Translations under genes and position numbers: made by a program
Notes under the pieces: model-generated
The model's input: the letters and a program-made list of their open reading frames with translations, nothing else
What the model was told of the DNA's origin: nothing
The model's database searches: none
Source: Takakia lepidozioides
Lineage: Eukaryota; Plantae; Bryophyta
Reading direction: 5' to 3'
DNA: 64,000 bases
Assembly: GCA_030704615.1 (NCBI GenBank)
Contig: CM060733.1
Location: 55,676,001-55,740,000, forward strand
Shown: positions 11,639 to 23,900 of the stretch, piece after piece
Layout of the letters: each line of letters starts with the position of its first letter
Numbering within the stretch: position 1 is the first letter of the stretch

Positions 11639-14600
11639 TTATGAAATCAAAGTCTCCATAGCACCTGCACCACGAGGAGCAAGTACCACCGAACGCCCCT
11701 CAACATTGATGCATGTCAAGTCAAAAACCAGCTTCGAATGAATCAAATCTGCAAGTGCCACTGGCTCCTCATGTGCTTTCGTATTGTGCCCTTGCGGCAA
11801 AATCAAAGCACGTCTCCCGCGAAGCAACTTGTACGACAAATAAGGACCATCGATCTTCCGCTTAGATTTACATGCATGCTGCCCCTGCTGAAGACGTAGG
11901 CACACAGTCTGTCCCTCATGGAAGTGATCTGAGTACTTAACCCGCTTTTTAAAATTCCTAGCCTGTATTGCTTGAGCAAGAACAATGTTAGCCTTAGCCT
12001 CATTAACTGAGACCATGTGCCTAGTATGCACCCTCTCTACAAAATCAGTCAAGTCAGCAGGCTCAGAAACAGTGGAAATCAGTGGAGTAGGATGCAAAGG
12101 AGAGACACAACGTCTACCGTAAAGCAACTCAAAAGGAGTTTTCCTCGTGCTAGCATGAATAGCAGTGCGATAAGCATAGACCAGAGGAGGAATGAAGATG
12201 TCCCATTCCCTTGCAAACTCGCCATTCTTCTCCAACATTCGGCAGAAAGTCTGATTGAAATGCTCCGTCAAACCATTGGTTTGAGGATGGTAGGGGGCTA
12301 TAGTCATATGCTTGATTCCAAAGTTTAAGCATATGATATTCAAGAGGTCATTGCAAAACTCCCGGCCATTATCAGTAAGGACCTCAAGTGGACAACCATG
12401 CCTCATCACAATCTCCTCAAAGAAGAGTTGTGCTACCGAGTCAGAATCCTTGGTAACCATAGGACAGACTTCTACCCACTTAGTCAAGTAATCTGTAGCT
12501 CCTCAAAGATAGATATGACCCTTTACGTGAGAGCGAGAGGTCCTACCAAGTCAATATCAACTCGAGCAAAGGCATGTGTCACAGGCAAGGATTGCAATTT
12601 ATAAGTGACCCCCACCCGAGGAAGTGCAAGGTTAGATCGACATGCCTTACACTTGGAGATGAAGGCAGTCACATCTTTTTGAATTCCCTTCCAGTAATAT
12701 ACCTCTTGTATGCAAGCTATAGTCTTTTTGACCCCAACCTGCATACAAAGAAGCATGAAAGCATTCCTACAAAGCATCTAACTGGCTCCGTGGTGGTACC
12801 TCCAAGTAGCAAGGACTCCCATCCTTAGTGCCCACTTTGTACAACTTGCCATCCCTACAACGATGAGCGTCCACATTGTACAACATTTGCTTCCTCAACT
12901 TCTTAGGGAGCCCTGCATGTGAACGTCCATGAAGACATCGATGGAGTAGCGCTGCATGCAGCATATCATCTATGATTGCACTGTACATAAGCGAGGTTCA
13001 ATGGGCTTTAATAAGGGTGACATGAAGTGCCTACCTCATGTTATCTCCAGCCACTAGATCCTTGCCTCATTTGAAACAGCTCATGGGAAGGCAAATCAGG
13101 CCTTAAAGCACTGCCAAAACCTACACCAGAGTACAGCAATAGATGCACCAAACCCGAGCCAAGGCTGAAAAGGAAAGACAAGGAACAAGGAATGATAGAT
13201 CAGCCCCTCAACAAAGGCTTTAGACATGAGATCCACTGTCCAAACCAGCAATATAGGGACTCAGCCTGGATCATCAAGAAGGCTAGACAAGCCCCATGCA
13301 ATCTCCAAGCTAGATGGATCAAGAAGAAGAGGTTGCTGATCAACATATAAAAGGTTAAGAACAAGGCCTGTCCCCTTAGGAGAGGATATATCAAGAGCAG
13401 CCAAGTCCTCCAAGGTCACCATAGGCTTGCCTACATGAGCCTCAACACGTGTAAGAGCATCTGCATTGGAATTCTCCTTCCCCTTCTTGTAGACAATGTC
13501 AAGGTCAAACTCCTGCAGGAACATAGCCCATCGTGCCAGTCTACCATACAACTCACGAGGCCAAAGCAATGCCTTAAGGGGAAGATGATCAGTCTCAACC
13601 ACAAACTTGCTGCCATGCAAATACTACCTGTAGTGTTTAACACCAAAGATAAAAGCTAGCCCCTCCTTATCAGTGATAGAGTAGTTCTTTTCATGCTTGT
13701 CCAGCTTCAATGACATGCTCCTTCCCATCAACTACTTGACACAAAATGGCAAAGATGGCAACATCAGAAGCATCTGTTTGCATCTTGAAAGCCAGGTGAA
13801 AATTGGGAAACATAAGGACTGGAGCAGTGGTGAGAGCAACCTGTCAAAGGCAACTTGTTGGAAAGTGCCCCATTCAAAGTGAGCATCCTTAGCCAGAAGC
13901 TTGGTCAAAGCAAAAGCAATCATGTCAAAATGTTTGATGAACCTTCAGTAGTAAGAAGCCAAACCAAGGAAGGATTTAACACAGTGTTGGTCCTTGGGAT
14001 TGGGAAACTCCCAGACAGAGCGAAGCTTCTCAGGATCAGGCTTAAGACCTTCTTTTGATAGGACATGACCCAGAAGTGAAGCTCAGGCATGCACAATTCA
14101 CATTTCTTTGGCTTAACCTTTAACCCTGTAGCTCTAAGTCTGCTGAAGACACGTTGCAAGTCAAGAAGATGGGCTTCAAAGGTGGCTGAATATACATTGA
14201 TGCCATCAATGTTTATCAAAGCACACTCCCACCTCAAATTTCCAAAGACAATATCCATTAGGCGCTGGAAGGTAGAAGTTGCATTGCACAAACCAAAAGG
14301 CATGGTCTCATACTGGTACTTGCCCATCCTACAGAAAAAGGAGGTTTTCTTTTTTGCTTCCTCAGTCAGAGGCACTTGCCAAAATCCAGAGGCCAAGTCT
14401 AAGGAAGAAAACAGAGTGGCTCCATGTAACATATCAAGGGTCTCATTGATCCTGGGGAGGGGATATGCATCTTTCTTGGTGACTGTATTGAGACACCTGA
14501 AGTCCACACAGAAGCGAGTACTTCCATCTTTCTTCCCTACAAGGACTATGGGACTGGCCCAAGGAGAGATGGAAGGCTTAATCACACCAACATCAAGCAT

Positions 14601-15582
14601 TTTTTTGATTTCCTCTTGCACAGTAGCCCTCTCTTTCACACTCTCTCTATAGGCAAATTGCTTGACAGGAGGTCCCTCGGTCTCAATATCATGCTGCAAG
14701 ATATTGGTCTTCCCAAAGTGAGAAGCTCCAAGAATGAACACATCCAGGTTGTGAGCTATCAAGGTCTCAACTTGTTTCTTTTGGGTTTCCTCAAGTAAGG
14801 GGTTGAGTTTGAACTCACCAAGGACTTTGGCAAGGGCTTCTATTTCTTGAGCATTGAGTCTATTCTTGAAGCTCATGGCAGGAGAAGAGTGGCTGGAAAA
14901 AGCAGTGACCAGATCTAATTGATCATGGACAATGCCTAAGGCTTCAAAACCAAAAGCAGGCTGGACTTCACCAATCTCTTCTAAGGGACGGGCAGAAATT
15001 CTAGCAAGCACTTGCCCCTTCTTGATGGTCACATGAAACCTTTCAGGATTGGCTATAAGAAGCTTGACTTCATCTTTGTAACCTCTATCAAGAACCCCAG
15101 TAGCAACAAGACAATGCTTTAAGGCAGTAAGCCTCCTCCATCCATCAACGTCAAGGTAGTGTCCCTTAGGACAAAGATAGGCCAATTGGGTCTTGACCAC
15201 TCTCTGGCACATAGATGGAATAGTGACATCACATGGAACTCTAATCAAAGTATGAATAGTGACATCACATGGAATCTCTAAGAGGCGATAGAATGCTTGG
15301 GGAAGCAGGCAGTAGCAGTGCCTGCATGCATCTTGACAGTCTTAAGAGGCACTATAACTTCATGTCCTTCTCCATTGGGAAATCTTAGGGAGTTGTCACC
15401 AAGGTTGATGGTAGCTTGAGCCCCTGTCATCCAATCCAATCCCAACAAGAACTGGGCTCCTACTGTAACTATGCAAGTAATCAAGACTTATTTCTTGTGA
15501 ATTCTAATAGGGACAGTGACCAGCCCCAAGGGCTCATACCTTGACCCATCTGCAATGATGACCTCCATGCCTTGTGCAGGGG
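11639..15582 (-). pseudogene. Ty3/gypsy element A pol: protease C-half, dUTPase-like domain, RT, RNase H, integrase (degenerate)
   Basis: SPWASPIVLVGKKDGSTRFCVDFR; SSLDLASGFWQ; YIDD decayed to NIDG; ETDHLPL...RLARW; TDNGREF...YHPQTNGLTE; GPY. Many stops and frameshifts. Confidence 0.9.
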
Positions 15583-16471
15583 TGTTAGAGGACTGTCTGG
15601 GACTTAGACACTTATACGGGATCTGTAGGGTACCCTTAATTTTTGCACAGACTGAGACCAACAGGAGCCTTAGGGGTGACAACAGCGCACTTTAGAAGGG
15701 GGTTACACAGCCCGTCATAGCCAACACAGCCCAACACAGCCAACACAGCCACACAGCCAGTAACAGCGACACAGCCAAAAAACAGTCGCACAGCCAGTCA
15801 CAGCCCGACACAACCGGTCACAACCCGTCACAGTTTCACACAGCCAGTCACAGCTTGACACAGCTGTCACGACCATAGGGAAAGGATAGCAGGACAGGGA
15901 ACGATTGTGGGGAACAACACCTACGAAGGGAACATGTTAGTTCACGGATGACGGTTAGTGAGGGAAGCAGTTAAGAACAACGGGTAGGAAGATAAAAGGA
16001 GGAGCAAGGACTTGAGGGAGAGACTGGGGGGTCATGCATGAGAGGGGATCGGGCGGAGAGCAAGAACGGAAGCAAAGATGGAGGAGGAGAGATGATTAGT
16101 AGATGCTTGTTATATGCAAAGATGTAGTGATATTGTAGAGCAGATTAGAGACACAATGGCTTCGGCCTGATACCTGATAAATCATAATCTGATACTTATA
16201 CGATACAATCACACTGTTAGAGAGATCTGAGTTAAGCTGTGGAATGAATGGATGAGTTATGACCGATAGACTGATCCTCAACTTATCATGTAAGGTAGCT
16301 AGCTAACATGAATGCGGAAAGGAAACAAATAGGAAACACCCCCATGATACACTAGCTGTAGGTCATGACTGATTGTTCTGAGCGGGCTGAGACTTAGAGA
16401 TTTCCAACTCTTCTATCTTGGAGTTTCCGCCTCGGATAGCGAAGGGATGGGTGAGTAAAAGCCGCGCGACA
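15583..16471 (+). repeat. Element B 5' LTR (LTR1)
   Basis: TGTTAGAG...GCGCGACA, homologous to 33202-34047 and 51226-52064. Contains CACAGC repeats. Confidence 0.95.
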
Positions 16472-16473
16472 TT

Positions 16474-16490
16474 TGGCGACCGTACTAGGA
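16474..16490 (+). promoter_or_regulatory. Primer binding site of element B (TGGCGACCG..., possibly tRNA-Arg)
   Basis: TGG-initiated motif 2 nt after the LTR end. The tRNA identity is tentative. Confidence 0.7.
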
Positions 16491-19400
16491 GACTGAGTCA
16501 TGAAACAACCAGATGTGACAGGCATCTGGTGGGATCATGGTGGTTGGACCATTAAAGAATTTGAAGTGAATCAAATTCCCTTGGAACGAAGGAAGAAAAG
16601 ATTGTCCAAACATTCTTTCAAAGGTTCTTGGAATTGCCAGACGGTTGTAAAGAAAATATTCTTAAGCGAGTGCATGATGCTGATCCGGAATGGGGTCTGG
16701 AGAAAGGAGTGATAAAGATTTATCAGGTAGCCTGTAGAGGAAGAGCACGTTGGTTACCAACATTGGTTTATGTGATAGCATTGCTATCCATTAAGCGAGT
16801 AGAGTTTGAAGGCTGGGAAGAAAGAAAGGTGAATGTTTATACTCATATGCATGAAGAGCTTGTACTGGTAAAGAATTGGATTCCAAAGGATATTTTGTGG
16901 ATCAAACTCACACCAAGAACACTTTTCAGACTTGTTTGCCATATGGTTATATGGTAACGGAGACTTCAAGTTATCCAAGGGTGCATTGAAGCTTGAAAGA
17001 AACCAGGGCATATACGAGAGATATTACAGAAGAGAGTTTTTGGTTATTGCCACATTAAAAGAAATGAAAGACATGGGACATGAGTGATGAAAGAGAAGCT
17101 AGACGCCAGAGATATTCAGCAAAAAGAGAAAGCTATCTGAAAGCTAATTATCCATATCTTTGGGAGAGAGGAATAGACATAGGGGAATCATCTGGACCTC
17201 TCACACCATTAAGATCAAAGAGTACATCACCCATACCGGAAGAACTAGAGTTGGATGCCACTCCTTCTGTTTCTTTGCAAGAAAGATTAAGGGAATTGGT
17301 ACGGGAAGAAGATCAATCACGAGGTGAAAGATCTGAGGTACATCCCTGGATAAAAGATTTGACAGAAATCTTTGATAAGAGTTGGCATGGAACACCAAAA
17401 GCAGGAACTCCAGTTTCTGAAGCGGAAGGTGAAGAAGGAGGAGAGGATGTGGCAGAGCCAACGGAGAGTTCAGACTCTCCAACACCATTGCAGTTGAGTT
17501 ACATGAGTGAAGAAGAAACCCAAGGGCAGAACTTGGAGGATGAAACAGAGAGAAGAAATTGGAAGATATGAAGAAGTAGACCCAACAGCTGAGGTTGAGA
17601 CTACAACCAGGACATCCCAACCCGTTGGACCTGGATCAAGTGGAGCACTTGGATCACAGGCCAACGAAGGTGTCGGCTCAGGGGGATCAGGCGGGCTGCC
17701 TGGATCTGGCTCTGGGGGGACAGGGAGTTGTGGGAAGTAGTGCAACTGAAGCTGGGAATACTGTGAATATCGTGGGGCCAGTAGCAGGGAGTGCTCAAGG
17801 GCCACCACTTGGTGGAAGATCCACCACAAAAACAACAGGTCCAGAAGGACCAGCACCAGCAAGGGTGCCAGCACCTGTCAGTGGGCAAAGGTAGGGCCAC
17901 AGATGGCGTTACAACCAACACGGGCAAAACCACCCTTTCCAATATATTCAGGAAAAGGGGATCCCGATGTACACATTAGCCAATTTGAGCACATGTGTAT
18001 AGTGAACAATGAGAATGGCGATGATGCCAAGATGAGATTGTTTCCTTGTTCACTTATCAAGAAAGCAAGTGAATGGTATGCAAGATTCCCGATAATCATT
18101 TCCTAACCTGGAATGGCTTGAATACAACATTCAAAATAGGTTCAGGACAAGTAAAACTGAGGATGAAGTGTATGGAAGTTTACAACAGTTAAAGCAAAAG
18201 AAGCATGAAACTGTTGAGGAGTATATGGAAAAGATGGAATTGATGATGAAAAAGCTGGCTGCAGTACCAGCACCAGGTTTACAGAAGACTTGGTTTGTGA
18301 GTGGACTAAGACCAGAGTTGCAAAAGAAAGTGGATATGTTACCCCATAATACAGTGGAGGAGGCATTTGAAACTGCAAACAGAATTGAGCAATTGGGAAT
18401 GCTCAGGAGAGAGAAAAGGGATGATGAGGACTCTGAGGATGAGTCAGATGAAGAAGAAGAGCAAGAACTAAAAGGAAAGTAAGAGAAAGGAGAAGTTGAA
18501 GAGGATAACTATGAAAAAGATTGGAAGAAATCTTGAAGAAGTATGCCACAGAGGCTGCAACACATTGGAGGAAGGGTATGGTGTGCAAAGTGCCAGAATG
18601 AAGGCCATACCACCACAGAATGCCACATGAAGGAGAAACACTGTACTATCTGTAAAATGGATAACCATTCTACTGAGAATTGTTACTACAACAGAAGGAC
18701 AGCTGCAAGAGAACCTAGGCAAGTAAGGGTGCATCAGGTGCAGCCCCAGCCAAGAAGAAACAATGATCAGGACCACTATGGTAGGTCTGGTGGTTATAAC
18801 AATGGCATGGAAGGGAGAGGTAATTCAAGAGGAAATTACCAAGGGAAATTCCAGAGGCAACTATCAGGGTAATCCAAGGGGGAATTACCAGCCCGGGAAT
18901 CAGGATTACAGAAATAATCCAAGACAGACCAAGGGCGAGGACCCAATGGTGAAGAACTATGTTACTTTGTAATCAGCCAGGACATCGCAGGGGCAGCCTG
19001 TTCATTCTGGATAAGACACCAGAATGAGATGAGAGCTCCTGTGAATGAGGGCCCAGTGGTGGCAGCTCACATGGTTAGGCCATGTGTTGTACCAGAAGTA
19101 AGTACAATGATAGTAACAAAGCAAAGCCAAACTAATACCTCCAGTAGTGAGGAAGATGATGATAATGAAGATGGCAGTGATATGCCTGAAGATGAAAGAC
19201 TTGGAAGATGAGAAGGAACTGCACAAGGAAGTGGCAAATACCATAAGGGAAATGCAGAAGAGTACTGATATTCCTGTGGCAGATTCCTCTGATTCTGATG
19301 GAGAAGAAGAAGTGAGTGAGGATGAAAGGAAGAAAGAAGATGCAGACATGCAAAGTAATGAAGAGACTTTGGCTGAAGTAATATGCCAGACCAAAGCAGA

Positions 19401-20993
19401 GATTACCATTGGACAGCTATTGGCTGTGGCACCTTATTGTAGGCACAGGCTGTATCAAGCAATCAATCGAATTGCCCAGGAGACAGGAAACACAGACCTG
19501 AACATCAAGGTGACCAGTTATAATGTGAAGCCGGAAGGGCGAGAAACAGTCATGGACTTTGATGATTCTATGCCAGTAATCCAATTGAGAATTGGAAGCA
19601 CAGAACTAACTGATGTACTGATAGATGGAGGTTCTGGAGTAAATATCATGACAGACCAATTAAGAAAGAAGCTTGGTCTAAGTAACATGAAACCAGCCCC
19701 ATTTACAGTAACAATGGCAGATCAAAGAAGTGTACAGCCATTGGGATTGATAAGAGGAGTTAAGATACAGATACAGAAGATGATCTTTATGATCACAGTA
19801 ACTGTGTTGAAGATGGATGAAGTCATGGAGGCTTACTCCTTATTATTGGGACGTCCGTGGCTGAAACAGGCCAGGGTATTCCATGACTGGAATTCTCAGT
19901 TACTAACCGTGCATAATGGGATACACGAGATACAAATTACCACAAAGAAATCTAGTAGATTACCTGCTACGAGAAGACCTCGAGGAGTCAGAGAGTATGA
20001 CTGGAAAGGAGGACTGGATGAGGAGCAGGAAGCTACCCTATTTGCTGCACACCCAGAGTGGGAGCAGGTTGCAGAGATGCGGCTGGAAAGCCTAAGTTTT
20101 TAAGAGGTATCTGCTGTGGTGTAGTGACAGCAACACCAACTGAAGAGGAAACCAGCAGTTACCCATCACATTTCTATGAAGAAAGAGAAGGAGAAATGGA
20201 AATCCTAGAGGAACCAGCCACTGTGAGTTTACAGGATGAAGTGGTGACTGGTTGGACAATCACAGCTGATGAGCAGGTGAGGGAAGTGAATAGGATGGTG
20301 AAAGTAGGAGCTGATTTGGAGCCGGAATTCTTTGAAGAAGCTAAAAGCTTGTTCATCAAATACAGAGATGTATTTGCTTGGAGCTATGAGGATCTAAAAG
20401 GGATACCACCTGAAGTCTGTCAGCATAAGATTGAACTGGACCAGGGTCAGTACCAATCAAGCAGGCGAGGTACAGAATGAATCCCAACTACGCACAGAAG
20501 GTTGGAGAAGAGATGAAGAAGTTGGCTGAGGCTAAGTTTATATACCCAATAGAGTATACAACTTGGTTGTCACCCATTGTTATAGTTCCCAAGAAGAATG
20601 GTAAACTAAGAGTATGTGTGAACTACAAGAAGCTGAATGCTTGTACAAAGAAAGATCCTTTCCCTTTGCCATTCACAGAAGCAGTATTGGACACTGTGGC
20701 AGGCCATGAGATGTACTCATTCATGGATGGTTTCAGTGGTTATAATCAAGTGCAAGTGGCAGAAGAAGATCAAGGAAAGACAGCTTTCATCACAGACTGG
20801 GGTGCTTATGCATACAAAGTCATGCCCTTTGGACTTTGTAATGCACCAGCAACCTTTCAGAGAGTAAAGTGAATCTTTTCATGAGTATCTGGATGATTTC
20901 ATGCAGGTGTTTCTTGGATGATTTCAGTGTTACAGCTCTAAGAATGAGCACTTGCATAAATTGGAGTTATGTCTTGCCAGATGCAGGATGAGA

Positions 20994-23900
20994 TGTCGCG
21001 GCCCTTTGCCTTGAGGGGAGGGGGGGGGTCGGGACACATGAGGGGCTGCCCCTGTGGTGGGGGCAGCGGCAGCGATAGGTAAGGGGGGCTGAAGCACCCT
21101 GAGTGCCCAAGGCACTCAGGGAAGCAGAGGCGCTCACTAGGTGGAGCCCCGCACACCGGGTGCGGTGGGGTGGCTCCACAAGGGGTGGTGTAGCTTAGTG
21201 GGACTTAGTGGGGGTGGCATAGGACTCACCATGGGGGTGGAGACCTCGTGGTGGAGTCGTGGGAGTCTTGGGACTCATCACGGTCCATAGGGGCCGTGGT
21301 GAGCGGGCCAAGACTCACCGCGACTCACCACCGGGAGTCGAGGGTTTTCGTGGTGGTTCGCCATAAATGGCATGGCTGGTTGTGGAACCCCCCGGACAGC
21401 TACAGAAGTATATATAGGGAGTAGTAACCCGAGAACGGTGCAAGCCCGTTGGTGACCAAAAACTAGTGAGTAAGCGCGAGCCGGAAAGCGACCAAAGAGT
21501 GGGGAGCTGTTCCGGACTGCCATCTACCAAGGGAATTCTCCTAGTCCCAATTAGGTGGAGGGTTTAGAGGGAAGCGAAGGGGGGACCGTTATGTCCCGGT
21601 GAGCAGCCGAAGCTCCAAGTTGGCCGGGCGGCCAGGTTGGGAGTCAGGCGCGCGCATCAAGCGAGTAACTATGACTTGAAGGGGAGCTTACCGAAGTGAG
21701 GTGCGTGACATTTGGTATCAGAGCTTAGAGTTCAGTACGCGATCGTCCTTGGGATTGGCCTCATCATGGGGTCCAAGCGGCCCAAAAGATGATGGGAGGC
21801 GGCCGTTTGAGGAAGCGATGCATGTTTCCGAAAACGAGGCCGCCCAAGAGCGGGAGAAATCCGAGGAGTCGGAGCCCGAGGAATCCTTGAGAGCTCCGAC
21901 AAACCAAGAGATGCCTCCTATGCCGACAGCCTTTTGGGAAGGGTTGTTGGCGCAGTTGGGAGGGACGTGAGAACTTCACCATCTGCGAGATCGATGGAGT
22001 GGATCTCATTTTGGGGATGACCTTTTTGAGAAAATCCGGAGCGGTCATAGATGGCCGCAAGAGAGTAGTCACGCTGCCATGTGGAATGGTGGCGAGGTTT
22101 TACGAGTGTCGAAACGCCCAAATCCGTGGGAGGGCGAATAAACCTTCTGTCAGCAAGGAGTGGGCCGTGGAGGAGGCACACGAGCCCCAATTTTTGCTTT
22201 ATGTTAGAGAAGTGAAAGGAGAAGGTGATGGGGAGCCGAGCCCAGATTGGATCAAGGGGATTTTGGAGAAATACCAGGATGTGATGCCGAAGGATTTACC
22301 GAGCGGCTTGCCACCGCGAAGAGGAGTTGACCACAAGATTGAGGTGATACCGGGATCGGAACCGCCTGCCAAGGCGCCCTACCGGTTGAGCCACAGAGAG
22401 TTGGTCGAGCTGAAGACTCAGCTCAAGGATCTATGTCAAAGGGGTACATCCGGCCGAGTAAGTCACCTTACGGAGCCCCGGTGCTATTTGCAGACAAGAA
22501 GGATGGGACGCTGCGGATGTGTGTCGATTACAGGGCTCTGAATAAGGTGACTATCAAAACCGGTACCCTTTGCCAAGGATCGACGACCTCTTCGATCGGT
22601 TGGCAGGAGCGAAGTATTTCAGCCGGATCGACTTGCGCTCCGGCTATCACCAAATTCGGGTGGCGGAAGGAGATGAGGAGAAGACCGCGTGCAGGACAAG
22701 GTATGGTTCATATGAGTTCTTGGTGATGCCTTTTGGGCTCACCAATGCAGCGACATTTAGCACGCTGATGAACAGCCTTTTCAGGAGTGGTTGGATGACT
22801 TTGATCGTGTACATCGACGACATCTTGGTGTACTCGAAAACAAAGGAGGAGCACCTGGAGCACCTCAAAAGGGTGTTCCAAAAATTGCGGGAAGGGAAGC
22901 TGTATGCCAAAGCTTCAAAGTGCGAATTCGGGGTCACAAAAGTGGAGTTCCTGGGGCATGTGATTACACAGGATGGGATCAAAATGGATGACAGAAAGGT
23001 GAGGGCGATCTTGGACTGGGAGCCTCCGACTTCGGTCCCGGGAGTGCGATCCTTCCTAGGACTCGCCTCCTATTACCGGAAGTATGTGAGAAATTTCGCC
23101 AAGATCGCGGGGCCGCTGTCGGACCTTCTGTGTAAATCCAAAGTCTGGTATGGAACACATTTTGTGGCCAAGCTTTTGCTGAATTGAAGCAGCGGATGAC
23201 GGAAGCTCCAGTCTTGAAAATCCCGGAGTTCGATCGTCCGTTTGAGATTCATACAGATGCCGGACTTCGCGATTGGGGGTGTACTTATGCAAGATGGACG
23301 TCCAGTGGCTACGAAAGTAAGAAACTGAATGAAGTGGAGCGACGGTGGCCGACGCACGAAAAGAGATGAAGGCGGTGGTGCATTGCCTTGAGCTCTGGCG
23401 CCACTATGTTGGTTCCAACCCAGTGAAGGTGTTCACGGACAATGTCACGGTGAAGTATTTTGCCACGCAGCCCAAGTTGTCCCCAAAACAACTTAGGTGG
23501 CAAGATACTTTGGCAGTGTTCGACGTGGATATCCAGTACAAACCGGGACGGACAATGTGGTGGCCGATGCTTTAAGTAGAAAGCAGCAGCTCTTGTTGGT
23601 GTACAAGGGCGAGACGGCGCTCCAAAGGAAGATCCGGAAGGCTTGCCGGAAGGATGAGCTGGCGAAGTCGTGATGCAGGACTTGAGGATGGGGGTTAAAT
23701 CGCAGTTCCACTTGCAAAATGGACTGCTCCGGTATAAGCAAAACGTCTCTACGTGCCGAAGGGAGGGATCAGAGATAGCCTCTTGAGAGAATGCCATGAT
23801 AGCCCGCTTGCGGGCCACGGCGGAGCCAAGCGCACTGCGGCACTCTTGAAGAAAGAGTATTTCTGGCCCAAACTGAGGGAGGAGGCAGAGGAGTATGTCA

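Noticed and set aside
15220-15285. Short tandem duplication in element A
   Set aside because: Ordinary decay of a dead element.
20930-21530. ORFs within element C LTRs (also 25805-26770)
   Set aside because: GC-rich LTR sequence; frames are not conserved between the two LTRs.
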